This document shows, in pieces, positions 34,001-44,463 of a stretch of DNA of 64,000 nt; the first letter of the stretch is position 1; each line of letters begins with the position of its first letter. A program made the position numbers and the translations under genes. The stretch is taken from NCBI GenBank assembly GCA_001599295.1, contig BCGN01000003.1, positions 1,364,001 to 1,428,000 on the forward strand, in the 5' to 3' direction. The notes below the pieces were generated by a model, which worked only from the letters and a program-made list of their open reading frames with translations, had not been told where the DNA came from and did not search any database. Source of the DNA: Sporopachydermia quercuum (Eukaryota).

Positions 34001-35114
34001 TGGCTCTGAGAGAAATGACATTATACCGGCTAATGATAGAACTGCATTGATAGAATTGCTCCGGAAACGCATGTTCCAACTGCAGAAAGTATTAGGTTTT
34101 GTTAAGCTGATCAAGCGGAAAGGACTGGTTCTAAGTGAGATCTATCTGGATAAAATCTCTTTCCATTATGGTGCTTTCAATCAAGACACAGACGGTAAAG
34201 AATCAGTGACTGTTCTTTTCAACTCTAGAGCAATGAAGGAGCCAACAGAACATAAAGGATCTAACAAACAGAAAAACACTACAAGCAACACTGAGAAGAA
34301 GCTCAGCAAGAATTATGATTCGTCGTTAGGTATCAAATCTGAGCGAAACGCTCTCGGGAATGGTTCAAGATCAAATAATAGCAGTGTAGTAATTAATGAT
34401 GATGATCCATTAATGGCTCATGTAGTCAACAATCAGTCACGTGATGAAATATCCTCTCCTTATCATGACGAAATAAGTAAAGCAAACACCAAGGAGAATG
34501 AAATTATCATTCTTCTAGAAGATTCAAATCCTCAAAAATCAATGACATCGATATTCCAATCAATTGCCTCCTCCTTTGGATTTGGTTCAGCTATTAGTAT
34601 CATGAGAATAACATATGAACTAGTCGGCGTCCTACAGCAAATCGCCCACGGTAATAAGAATAGTGGACCAAAAAATGATGAGGATGCCCATCATCATTAT
34701 ATTAAATCTTCTGATTCTCAAATGATTGTCAGCAGTTGGACGTGTAGAAACTCGTCACAGTTTATGCTTTATTATCATGTGATTGACAATACAGTTAATG
34801 GCTTGGTTATTAACAAAATTGGATTCCCCATCACAGTTCAGATTCAAAACTCGTACAGATTGATGTTCTTGATTCAAGAGGAGAAAAGTTATGAACCGGC
34901 AGAGGCGCAAGCCCAGTCACAGGCTTTTAGGTCTAAATTGGGTCTTGACGCTATTATGACAGGACAAGGGTTAGAAGATGTATGTGATGAATGTCTTACA
35001 CACAATAAGGGATTTATAGTACCATTAAAAGATGGCATTGCATGTGATTTAGGATGTATTTCTCCACTTCTTACAAAATTTAATCAATTGATTATTGAGA
35101 AGCTTAAAGGTTAA
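31053..35114 (+). CDS. RGR1: Mediator subunit Med14/Rgr1, 1353 aa
   Basis: PPPIPHI, RKDLIKLYVLCKW, AKLPNPDILTALEVL, YKIANGRVTFTVANEFEVDLS, FFLVDFRF. Confidence 0.95.
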   Translation: MATGDFDDSSKEISLINGVGSPNGLLDAANGKSIDNSTSSPPGDKPASLNPSITSTNIKGKSSPPPIPHIEMNIIRYTQIIQSYFRHAYHEFSHLIETFSSLSQSDMQKKKRFLEYIIQTRKDLIKLYVLCKWAVHAKDVSVNIDLLGWLRGQQNCYDNLIWNLKQVNGQLVSAKLPNPDILTALEVLKLKRPQLPSYXYLPKNPISARSIQQILRDMNMXLAIKLSLINTTKYGNSSTDNNTTGTSVLPKQFSCYKIANGRVTFTVANEFEVDLSIAGDDPQSPFFLVDFRFIYNNAHVLSPFEKFKIERTANEILSKRDLSQLYKPLHMLTMLYKLFRLHRQFKELGLGLWEGSIGHLFNPDKCLLIIEYWKHRKGNKNYLEIGLSKHDECEFVIRWFRNGEYVPDREHDLKISQQTLDGQELLETVSSLHLKWEMTNLYNTLLAILHPHLTSSGITTSIATRNSHGTSSNIGNSTGSMASSIPKSPRQSIXIIQGNNSRSTTLTVPSNIPSAPSMNGKLSSTFSRIDDAPITGIKARIVRTNSIVDEYSRIVDLLXDYELFMRIGQARTLNLKIDQYTGHFSIHNPTTRMLILLRQMNEMPDTAATCLLQLRLMSXQDELSTMLSVLELQKNATISLSNEEIKRNFAPTEMSITSTDAIGRSNHLHKVTVLSQLRGFLYFRKPCWPHSWFLIVSITSYLEYSLDWFMGSLYCSNGIWRVRYLDEIKLEKDSLIDLDRITYSNLERFILFAERRLAIELVFRDFSKMGLKFKVVMADTLKELVVFDDKAQSAAGSTDYKLDDSNKPGITNEHPVTVIENEKFEQQVQHLDDFTPMLLLDLRAISSESTTWAYKSVFVLLRFPSANGASRTTSVFEGLEAIIKGKIKENVSRTFSDILSNLNGTSGPLLVKNIDNDVVLNLRTGEFTIKTAIDFVNDRNIDSASDSSISLNYRPLRTKPDEDDQDESDGEGENESISQVNSIGSERNDIIPANDRTALIELLRKRMFQLQKVLGFVKLIKRKGLVLSEIYLDKISFHYGAFNQDTDGKESVTVLFNSRAMKEPTEHKGSNKQKNTTSNTEKKLSKNYDSSLGIKSERNALGNGSRSNNSSVVINDDDPLMAHVVNNQSRDEISSPYHDEISKANTKENEIIILLEDSNPQKSMTSIFQSIASSFGFGSAISIMRITYELVGVLQQIAHGNKNSGPKNDEDAHHHYIKSSDSQMIVSSWTCRNSSQFMLYYHVIDNTVNGLVINKIGFPITVQIQNSYRLMFLIQEEKSYEPAEAQAQSQAFRSKLGLDAIMTGQGLEDVCDECLTHNKGFIVPLKDGIACDLGCISPLLTKFNQLIIEKLKG

Positions 35115-35423
35115 GAATTGGTATCATGCATGCCTCAGGATACATAATAGGAATTGACAGGAACAAGAAAAAGAAAAAGAGCGCTATGTTTTAATGGTAT
35201 AAATCACATTTTTGATGATGAAAACCATATATCCTTGTATGGATGGATATTCCCACGATATATTCAGGTTGTGTAGTATTATTTAATGCTGATGATTGTA
35301 TAAAATTATAAAATGAACTAATAGAAATTAATTTACATTAAGAAGCGTTAAGCTGATACTAACAATAATTATTTAAATACCTGATTTATTTACCACCACT
35401 ATACCGTCTTATATAATACTAGC

Positions 35424-36458
35424 TTAATTAGCAATTCTGCCATATACACGTAATCTCTTGACACCTCCATCAGGTATAATAGTCATCAGAACATGTGTAA
35501 TAGGCTCAGCGTCATTAATAATTAATATACCATTATCCTTTGTATATTCATGTTCAGTATGTGCCTTGGTCTTCACAGGAGAAACAACTTCCTTCCAGTT
35601 AGGATCAATATGACTGGGAGCGGCTATTGCTCCNGGAGCTGAAAGAGTTTGAACTTTCACTTTCTGGGGGAAATTACCCAAGAAGTTGGCAGTATCGACA
35701 ACAATCTTTTCAACAAAAGCTGGGGCACCTAATTTAACAATAACCCAATCAACATGACCTGGGGTTCTTGATCTTGCAGTTTCCCAACCGTCACTCATAT
35801 CTTTACCTCGGCCAGGTAACAATAAGTTATCGGCAGAACCGAAATGTTGATCTGAAAAAGCAACGGCAATACCACCCATTTGAGCACTTGCTAAATCAAC
35901 AACTGATGAGCTATCAGGAAATACTGGTACAGCTCTGCCGTATAATCTGAATCTTGCAATACCACCATCAGGGTACATCTTTAATCTGACATGAGTGTAT
36001 GCATTTTCAGTGATGGCATTTCTAACAAAGAAATGACGTTGACTAGGACCACATTCAAATTTAGGAATAACTTCTTCCCATTGGGCATCTTTAACTTTAT
36101 CATCAGAATCCAAGTTCACTGCATCTACAGAGATTGCTGGTGCGTGATTACCATTGAAGAAAGCAGTGTCAATTTCAGCACCGATAATAGTAGCAGAAGC
36201 AACACCAATTTTTATGATAACCCAATCGAACTCTTCTTCGTTGTGTCTTCTGGTCTCCCAACCATCATACCAAGCACCAGCTGGTGTGAATTTTCCGACT
36301 TCTCTGATAGGAGCATGAGGCTTGATGAGATTTTCAGCAGCAGCAAACCATTCGTCAGAAAATGAAAGAACCTTTCCACCGAGCTTTTCACCGATAACGT
36401 CAGTATAAGCGCTGGTGATTTCCTTTGTAAAAATGTCTTGAGATACTTTGGCTGCCAT
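35424..36458 (-). CDS. DAL2: Allantoicase
   Basis: Two allantoicase repeats: SDEWFAAAENL/SDQHFGSADNL, DGWETRRH/DGWETARSR, PDGGIARFR/PDGGVKRLR. Confidence 0.97.
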   Translation of the reverse strand: MAAKVSQDIFTKEITSAYTDVIGEKLGGKVLSFSDEWFAAAENLIKPHAPIREVGKFTPAGAWYDGWETRRHNEEEFDWVIIKIGVASATIIGAEIDTAFFNGNHAPAISVDAVNLDSDDKVKDAQWEEVIPKFECGPSQRHFFVRNAITENAYTHVRLKMYPDGGIARFRLYGRAVPVFPDSSSVVDLASAQMGGIAVAFSDQHFGSADNLLLPGRGKDMSDGWETARSRTPGHVDWVIVKLGAPAFVEKIVVDTANFLGNFPQKVKVQTLSAXGAIAAPSHIDPNWKEVVSPVKTKAHTEHEYTKDNGILIINDAEPITHVLMTIIPDGGVKRLRVYGRIAN

Positions 36459-37225
36459 TATGAATGATGATATTAGTAGAATTGGTGATTTGAAATGTTG
36501 ATCCGAAAGATGAGATAGAGCAAACTGATAACTAAGAGTTAAGGCTTGACAGCAATGAACAGAGGACTATGACCTAATCTCGAGGTTGTGTCACTAACAG
36601 TCAAAAGAAGCTGAACTTTGCCGTTTGGTGAGAATTCAAAAGAAGAAAGGATCGAAGATGAATCAAAAAGAAAGAAAAGTCAATTTTTCAAAGTCTTGGG
36701 ACCTTTGGAATAAGTTTCACGAACTATAAAACTTAGTGCATATTGTGCGTCAAATGGCCAACTTTAAACCAGGAAGAAATGGTCTACATTTTGATAAAGG
36801 ACACCAGCAGCTGACATAAAAGAGGAATCGGCTTTCCGCAATTGGGAATATTTCAAGAAAATTATGTTAATCTAAAGGATGATTCATTACAGATTTTCAA
36901 TTTCATGGTTCCAATTGTTAATCTCTTCGTACTACACGCAATCCCTCAGAAATTGAGTATTCTTCATCGCTCGCATTGGGAATAAGGTTTGAACTCTATG
37001 ATAAGGTAGAAAACCGAAATCCCAGCCTGGCAGTTGCCGATTGAATGTCAACTATGCAAATGACAGACCAATAGTATTTTTCTCAGCAAAGCTCAAACAG
37101 ATAACATTTTTGTAGTCATTCCTTCAATAATTCTCCTCAAAATTGTTTCTTGTTTTCTTCAAAATAGCGTTCTATCTTCATTATTACCAATCCCTTTACT
37201 TTATCTTCTGTTTCACTAGGCGAAC

Positions 37226-37239
37226 TCGGCGATGTCCGC
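37226..37239. promoter_or_regulatory. CGG-N6-CCG Zn2Cys6 site (Ppr1/UaY-type) in the DAL2-ATP18 divergent promoter
   Basis: TCGG cgatgt CCGC at 37226-37239, plus a near-match TGG cagttg CCGA at 37028-37040. Confidence 0.45.
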
Positions 37240-37638
37240 TCGGAGACCAATTAGGAAATTTCCCAAATGCGGAGATAATCCGTAAATAAATTGACTGCAA
37301 TTAATCGATTATGTAATAATTTAAAACATGACGAAAATCTAAGGGCCCCTCTTTGCAAGTGATACTACACCTTTCCACCTGCTACTTGTAAAATGAGACC
37401 CCATGTAACTAGGTGTATAGGTGCACCCCTTTCTCTATGAATCTGCTGGTTGGCGGTTGATTTCCATTACAGAGAGACAATTTAGTTGTATCACTATAAC
37501 TCGACACACAGTGAATATATACTTTACCATTAAATGTATTATAAGGATTACTTTAACACAATTCATCAACTCATCATATAGGAATAACTAGGTATTCTCA
37601 TAGAAATCTAATTATACATATATAACTGATATTCAACA

Positions 37639-38735
37639 ATGTTTGGTTTAGCTAAGTATCCTACTCCTATTCGTATGTATTCTATCTATGTTAATGGTTT
37701 AATTGACGAGATAAATGGATTAAAATGGAGAACCGGGTCGTATGATTTTGGTAGATAGAACTAGAATGCGGCGGTAGAAATGAATAGGATTGCTATTTAT
37801 ACAGGACACTTTGCAATTGATGAGAATTAATGATCCAGGGAAGTGTTGATGTATGAATTGAGAGGAAAGCAAGTTGATTCTGAACTCACAGAATGAGTGG
37901 TAAATATTAGATGGTCAACCGTTGTTTTTCTTAGGATGAGATACGTATGAGCTGGAATTGGACTTAACATTATGAATGATACGTGATAGCATCAAGGATC
38001 ACAATTCCGTTAGCATGCTTATTTGATAGAAACAGTCCTGATCTGCTACTCAGCATTCTTTCTGCATTCAATTGTTTATCAGTTATACCATAAAGANATT
38101 AGCAATCGAGGACGGACGATCATTAATGATCGTTTGCGTACAATAAATAATAGTGTCTCGTTTTTCACAGGGATCCATAATTGTCTCAAGAAGTTTTGGT
38201 TTTAGTTGTGGCTTCTAGGTATAATAAGCTTACTAACAATTGTTTATAGTCAAGCCTCTTTGGCCATTCTTCGTTGGTGGTAAGTGATCAATTATTATAT
38301 GAATATTGTCATTTCTTACAATCTCTACGCATTTACCCCGGTAATTTGTTTATTTATCTCAAAAGGAACACTATAATTCTTATTGCTGATACCACTATTA
38401 TGATAATCATCATAAGTTCTGCAGCTAATTGACTACAATCAATGAACCACAACTCACCATACATTAACTTTGGTCCAACTTTTATCCAATAAAAAAGAAC
38501 TGTGTGAGAGTAACTTGTTATACGAGTAATTGATCCTAACTATTCCTATTTAGCTGCTATCACTTACTACCTTGTTGGAAAGGGTGCTGAAGCTTCTATG
38601 AACTGTATGTATCTGTTATATCATGCACAGTTGAGATTTATCTCACAATTTACTAACCATAATCTTGCAGCCGGTGAATTCTACAATGATCCTCGTCACC
38701 CAAGATTCAGAGCTAATGCTGCTGCCGAACACTAA
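37639..38735 (+). CDS. ATP18: Mitochondrial ATP synthase subunit i/j, 4 exons: join(37639..37672, 38250..38279, 38554..38604, 38671..38735), 59 aa
   Basis: Spliced product MFGLAKYPTPILKPLWPFFVGAAITYYLVGKGAEASMNSGEFYNDPRHPRFRANAAAEH carries the family motifs PTPILK-WPFF and EF-NDPR-PRF. Three canonical introns (GTATGT/GTAAGT; TACTAAC/TCCTAAC; TAG/CAG). Confidence 0.96.
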
Positions 38736-39210
38736 ATTTCGGGGTGATTTAATCGATAAAGATCGTTTGAATTGTTAAGCGTGAATATTATCAATGTGAT
38801 GTATTAAATGCTCTTGTGGGCCATCATATCAGGTATAGTTTACAACTACCTTAATTGAGAGAATTCAAAAACGTTGCACATAGATTAAATTGTTCTTTAA
38901 ACCTGTGATTTAGATTGTTTTTGTTATGTTGAAAGAATGAATATACTATTTCGTTACCTTGTAAATTATTTATTGTAACAGGGTATAGGGTGGTATCAAA
39001 ATGTTTTAAAGTAGGGGGGTCCAAAGGACAGAATTAATTGTTATTCAACTCTGGTATTAATTTAACTATCTTTCTTGCTCTTCCTGCAGAGTTCTACAAC
39101 TTCTACTTTATTTGTTGCCGTAAACTACAGTAGTTAAAAGCTTTGTATCTTATCTTAGTTATTACTACAAAACTCCAATTATATATTATTCTGTCTTACA
39201 CTTAATCTAC

Positions 39211-40944
39211 CTATGCAAACTTTGATGCTTCTTCCAGTCCCTTTCTGAAGGTCTCGATCAATTCTTTCTTATCCTCTAAACCAATACTAACTCGTACCAA
39301 ATCAGTGGCAACGCCATATTGTTTAATCTCTTCTAATTCATTGAAATGAGCCAAAACAGCATATGGACAAGCAAGTGTAAAATTAGTACCCAAACTTGGA
39401 CCTTTCGCAAGATTAATAGAGTTAAAGAAAACTTTCGCAACCTTTTCATTAACAAATATAACAGAGAATAATCCACCGTATCCACCTTGAGGCGTCTTGC
39501 AAGTATCATAAAACTGTTTATACTTAGTTAGAAATTTTGGATAGAACACTTGTTTCACTAACGGTGACTCTCTTAATAATTCACAGATAGTTTCCGAATT
39601 TGAGTTGATCTTTTCATTTCTTTTACGGAAATCTCTTGAGTTTCTTTCGAGATAGATTGCATCTTCTGCCCAGAACATATCTTCATATGTGACAGTATCT
39701 AGGACTTCTTTCAACTCTTTGTAGTATGGTCTAGCAGGATTGAGCACCATAGAACCACCCATTACATTAGAATCACCAGAGAATACTTTGGTTAAGGAGG
39801 AAGCTACCATATCAGCAAAAGGAAGAACATGAATATTGGCGAAGTTACCAACAGTTTCATCGATCACAACAATGAATCCATATTTGTCAGCTAATTCTCT
39901 GATTTTGACAAGATTGGGAGATTTCAAAAGAGGATTTGAAGGAAATTCACAGAAAAGACTTGAGATCTTTAACCCTGATGAAAGCTTAGCTTCTAGATCT
40001 TCTAGATCTTCAGGTTCACCATTACCATAGAAAATAACACCAGGACCGAACTTCTTTAGAATATTTAGAGTATCGACATAAGGGAAACCAAAACAAACTG
40101 ATTCTGGTTCATCAGCAGGAGCGATCTTCTTTTTTAAAGATGAATGAGCACGAACGACTAAATGGGCATGGAAAATAGCTGCCATACCTGATGGGAACAA
40201 ATAAACATCATCTTCAGCAGCAGATGTTGAAGACGATGACGATACTGGTGATATTTCACGAGAATCTATATTCAAACTTTCTTTGGATTCATCATCGTCA
40301 TCGTCTATTTGACCCGCTATTCTTCGTTTCAAAGCTGTTTTCGCATGAGGAGCAAACTGGAAATCTAAATTTCTACCAAATCGTTCTTCAACAAAAGTAC
40401 TATGCTCCTTAGCACCATATAAACTTTCCTTCTCTTTCTTTTCCTGCAGAACTAATTCATTCAATGTATATTCCGCCAATCTACTAGAAATTCCTTCACC
40501 AGAATGTTGCCAGTAAGCTTTAATGTAGGGAAATTGAATAGGATTATAAAAAACAACTGCAACGGTTACTTGAGCTCTATAATGTTTTTCATCTTCGGTT
40601 TGGGGCTCAGGGGTTGTTAACTGTAAGATTCTAACATTTGAATCGGTTCCAGGTTCGGAATGACATTTAACAAATTCACGACATCTTCTGGCGGATTTGT
40701 AAGTACTGAAAACTAAGGCTTCTTCATTTTCCCTTCCATATTTCGCTTCACACCATCTACACAGTTTTTGAATAGCTTGATGAATGAAAAATCTTGGATA
40801 TCCTGATTTCATCTTCAGCACAACCCAATCTTCACCTTTTTCATAACCAACAGTAGCTTCCCATGATGGCAGCGATACTGATACAGCATGTGGTTCATTA
40901 ATTGGGATTGTTTGACCAATCTCTGACGGGATATCAAACACCAT
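39211..40944 (-). CDS. STR2: Cystathionine gamma-synthase (Str2/YML082W family), about 577 aa
   Basis: HAVSVSLPSW, GYPRFFIH, YWQHSGEGISSR, CEFPSNPLL, PLP-lysine SSLTKVFSG, KGPSLGTNFTL. First ATG at 40944. Confidence 0.93.
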   Translation of the reverse strand: MVFDIPSEIGQTIPINEPHAVSVSLPSWEATVGYEKGEDWVVLKMKSGYPRFFIHQAIQKLCRWCEAKYGRENEEALVFSTYKSARRCREFVKCHSEPGTDSNVRILQLTTPEPQTEDEKHYRAQVTVAVVFYNPIQFPYIKAYWQHSGEGISSRLAEYTLNELVLQEKKEKESLYGAKEHSTFVEERFGRNLDFQFAPHAKTALKRRIAGQIDDDDDESKESLNIDSREISPVSSSSSTSAAEDDVYLFPSGMAAIFHAHLVVRAHSSLKKKIAPADEPESVCFGFPYVDTLNILKKFGPGVIFYGNGEPEDLEDLEAKLSSGLKISSLFCEFPSNPLLKSPNLVKIRELADKYGFIVVIDETVGNFANIHVLPFADMVASSLTKVFSGDSNVMGGSMVLNPARPYYKELKEVLDTVTYEDMFWAEDAIYLERNSRDFRKRNEKINSNSETICELLRESPLVKQVFYPKFLTKYKQFYDTCKTPQGGYGGLFSVIFVNEKVAKVFFNSINLAKGPSLGTNFTLACPYAVLAHFNELEEIKQYGVATDLVRVSIGLEDKKELIETFRKGLEEASKFA

Positions 40945-41009
40945 AGCTGATTGAATAATCAAATGGGTCTTTCTATCCTCTGCAACAGGTTATTAGGGAC
41001 GTATTCTTC

Positions 41010-41204
41010 CTGATTATATAGTTAGTATCTTTTCCTCGGTAATTTAATATTTCTCTCTTGCACAGGNTTTTGAGATAATCTGACAATTTATTTTGATAAC
41101 AAAACTTCTTTAACTTAAAACCTCTCTAATGCTTTTTGATTGTTCAAGTAAGATATGAATCATTTGTTAACTAACTATAATTTTTCGGGGAATTTTTCAC
41201 TTAC
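41010..41204 (-). other. Candidate 5'-UTR intron of STR2 (195 nt)
   Basis: Perfect TACTAAC (41027-41021), then 8 nt, then CAG ending at 41010, 65 nt before the ATG. Best donor is GTAAGT at 41204. Confidence 0.6.
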
Positions 41205-42429
41205 CGCCGTTGTGCCGAAAAAGGGCTTTAGATTAATGCGGTGGATATGCGAGTCGAGATTAGAGTTCGTGAGACCTCAATACTCACAAAGTGATGATAG
41301 ACATGATTAAAGGATTTTGGGCATTATACATTGCCTGATTCAATGTTTGGTTTGTTATATATTTGGTAGTTAATTGTAATGAGTTTTATAAAAGTTTCAT
41401 TGAAGTTGGTGCTGTCGTTAAGGTTCTTAAGATAGGAGATAGAATGTAGATCATATGGAGTTATGTAAAGTTGTGCGCAATGTATGAAATCTGCAGTTGC
41501 CGGGTTGTTGAGATACATGAAGGGAATAACGATAGGAAGGAGAGACACACAAACAATGGTGAGTTTGAGGGAAACAATGAGGTAAAAGCATTAAATATAG
41601 CAAGATTAGATAAATGTTAGTTCCATTACTATTACCACATTATTGAACCTTTCAGAGAATTTTCCTATGATTGAGAAAATTGAGGAAATTATGGTTGAGN
41701 TTTAGTGAAGCTACACTGCAGTGCATATGAGTACATTCCCACATTGTGGTTTTCTATAGAACTGATGGNCAAACAGTTGAAATGAGAACTAACAATCATC
41801 TCAGAATTCATATATAGCAGTTGCAAACCCTCTATTAATAAAGCTTCAATACGCATCATCAATGGGTAGCCGGTAATTAATTCATCTATCGATTTCACAT
41901 TCAACGTCGTACTCATCTCATAAATCGGAAATTATCTTTACCTTTCCACATCATCATTTCCGTTGTGTCTCGCCATTGTTTTCCTACAATACTGTTTGTA
42001 TCTNCTTCAATGATCTACATGATCTACATATCCGTCTTCTTTTCCTATAATATAACTGATAACTATATTAATCAACAACTCTACGACTGCATCCAATTGT
42101 AGTTAAACAGATTAGGTATCTCATCAAACTGTAGAGCTTGGCTACAGTAGAGTAAACTGGAAATAAAGAGAGTAATCGTTTCGTGAAGGGTCAAGGTAAG
42201 TCAATAGTATTACCATCTATTTGATGACATCCGGCACTAAGTGAAAGAATAGTAATTAAACCACCAGATTAAACAGCATTTGGTCTCCAGGTAAATTGAA
42301 TAACGAATTGAGTATTTTTACAGTGACGACAGAATATTCAAATCAGCAATCCACTTTCTACTCAGCTAATCGAATAACAGAGGGAACACATGCCTCCAAG
42401 ACAATATAAAATGATATGAATTTAACAAA

Positions 42430-44463
42430 ATGGTAGTTTCTGGCAAGCAGCGGATTACCCAACAGAGAGTACCATCTGGGTCTAATTTTGCAGTTCCTAC
42501 TATTCAAGACTCATTATCAAACCCACAACACTCAACATCAACACTAGCAATATCTCCAGTAGATAATAGAATAGCAGATTCGCCAATATCTCTAACACCC
42601 AGAGGCCCTGGTCCTCAATTCAATAAACATAGACTGAAATACTTGAAATCTCAAGCAATCGATACCCCTGATTCTTCTACAGATGATATTGACCTAGAAA
42701 CAAATAATTCTGCATCTACAACTACTGCTACTGCTACAATATCAGCACCATTGTCACAAGCAGAAAAACTAAGGTTATGGCGTCATGACGCTTACATGCA
42801 GCATCACTACCGAACAGCAGAGTTTGTTGGTGATAAAGTATTAACTCTTACCAATGATCCAAATGATGCTTTCTGGTTAGCACAGATTTATTATTCCCAA
42901 GGCAATTTCGTTCGCGCAAAGCAGTTGCTGGAAAAACAAGAATTGGATAGAAGTGTATCTTGTAGATACCTGATAGCCNTATGTTTAACCAAGATCAACG
43001 AATGGGATGAAGCACTGGAAATTCTAGGTAGGACTAATCCTTTCAAAACTGATGAAATCAGTTCTGCAAGAAGTTTTGATAGTGGGATTAAATTAGAAGC
43101 TTCCATGTGCTATCTAAGAGGGAAGATTTATGCTAACCAGAATAATTTTGAANTAGCAAAAGAATGTTATAAAGAAGCCCTATTAGTGGATGTTAAATGT
43201 TACGAAGCATTTAATGAACTGATTAGCAATCATTTATTAACTCCTGATGAGGAAAAAGCATTGATTGATGTATTGGATTTTGAGAGCGGAGTTGATGAAA
43301 ATGCTGAATTGGTGAAAGCGCTATACATCACGAAGCTTAGTAAATACTCTGAACATGATTCAAAAGTAGAAGATGCAGAGATAATATTGAAAGAAGACTA
43401 TAATATGGGGAAAAACTCTGATTTACTACAAAGTAAAGCTGAAATGCTATTTATTCAATGCAAATTTCAGCAATGCCTAGACGTTTGCCAACAGATTGTT
43501 GATGCTGATCAGTACAACTTTGCAATCTTGCCTACATATCTGTCATGTTTACACGAACTTGGAGGAAAGAATAGATTGTTTTTGTTGGCCCATAAGCTTG
43601 CGGATGATCATCCTTATGAACCTACAACATGGCTAGCTGTGGCTATATATTATATATCTATTGGCAAAATACCAGAGGCCAGAAGGTTCTTCTCTAAAGC
43701 TTCATTAATGAATCCACATTTTGGTCAAGCTTGGATAGGTTTTGCTCATACATTTGCTGTTGAAGGAGAACATGAGCAGGCTATTTCTGCTTATTCAACT
43801 GCCGCAAGATTATTTCAAGGTACTCATTTGCCGTCTTTATTTCTCGGCATGCAATATTTACAGATGAACAACTTTACCCTGGCTGAAGAATACTTGAACA
43901 CATCTTACAATCTATGTCATACTGATCCGTTGTTGTTGAATGAAATTGGTGTAGTTCATTATCATAAAAATGATCTATCACGAGCAGAACAGTTCTTCTT
44001 TAAAGCTTATAATGCTTCTAGAACCTTGTCTTCTGACCCAAGAGCTTGGATGTCCATTCAAGCAAATTTAGGTCATGTTTATAGAAGAATGGATATGTTT
44101 GATAAGGCAACTGCTTGCTTTGAGCATGTATTACAAGTGAATCCAAAAGATGGGAATGTCCATTCGGCACTAGGGTTAATTGATTTGAAACAAGGAAAGA
44201 TAATTGAAGCAGTTGAAAGGTTTCATACAGCATTGGCTCTACAACCAAATGATCCCATAGCATCAGATTTATTAAAACGGTCATTGGAAGAGAATTCATA
44301 TGGTTCTTTAGACGATGAAAGCGGGAAGAAGCTTAATTCAGCATTATCCAGATCATTATCGGAAAGAAAAAGTCATGTGCTGAAAAGTGAAAAAGATGTG
44401 GAAAAATTATTGGAGAATGATGGAATTAGTTCTGATGATTCTATGGAGATAGAATCTGATTAA
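42430..44463 (+). CDS. CDC16: Anaphase-promoting complex subunit Cdc16/APC6 (TPR)
   Basis: LRLWRHDAYMQHHYRTAEFVGDKV, DAFWLAQ, AWIGFAHTFAVEGEHEQAISAYSTAARLF, DPLLLNEIGV. Confidence 0.97.
   Translation: MVVSGKQRITQQRVPSGSNFAVPTIQDSLSNPQHSTSTLAISPVDNRIADSPISLTPRGPGPQFNKHRLKYLKSQAIDTPDSSTDDIDLETNNSASTTTATATISAPLSQAEKLRLWRHDAYMQHHYRTAEFVGDKVLTLTNDPNDAFWLAQIYYSQGNFVRAKQLLEKQELDRSVSCRYLIAXCLTKINEWDEALEILGRTNPFKTDEISSARSFDSGIKLEASMCYLRGKIYANQNNFEXAKECYKEALLVDVKCYEAFNELISNHLLTPDEEKALIDVLDFESGVDENAELVKALYITKLSKYSEHDSKVEDAEIILKEDYNMGKNSDLLQSKAEMLFIQCKFQQCLDVCQQIVDADQYNFAILPTYLSCLHELGGKNRLFLLAHKLADDHPYEPTTWLAVAIYYISIGKIPEARRFFSKASLMNPHFGQAWIGFAHTFAVEGEHEQAISAYSTAARLFQGTHLPSLFLGMQYLQMNNFTLAEEYLNTSYNLCHTDPLLLNEIGVVHYHKNDLSRAEQFFFKAYNASRTLSSDPRAWMSIQANLGHVYRRMDMFDKATACFEHVLQVNPKDGNVHSALGLIDLKQGKIIEAVERFHTALALQPNDPIASDLLKRSLEENSYGSLDDESGKKLNSALSRSLSERKSHVLKSEKDVEKLLENDGISSDDSMEIESD

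Noticed and set aside
41198..41320. ACTTACC resembling the U1 snRNA 5' end
   Set aside because: Lacks the ATACTTACCT context and U1 stems; better explained as the reverse complement of a GTAAGT donor.
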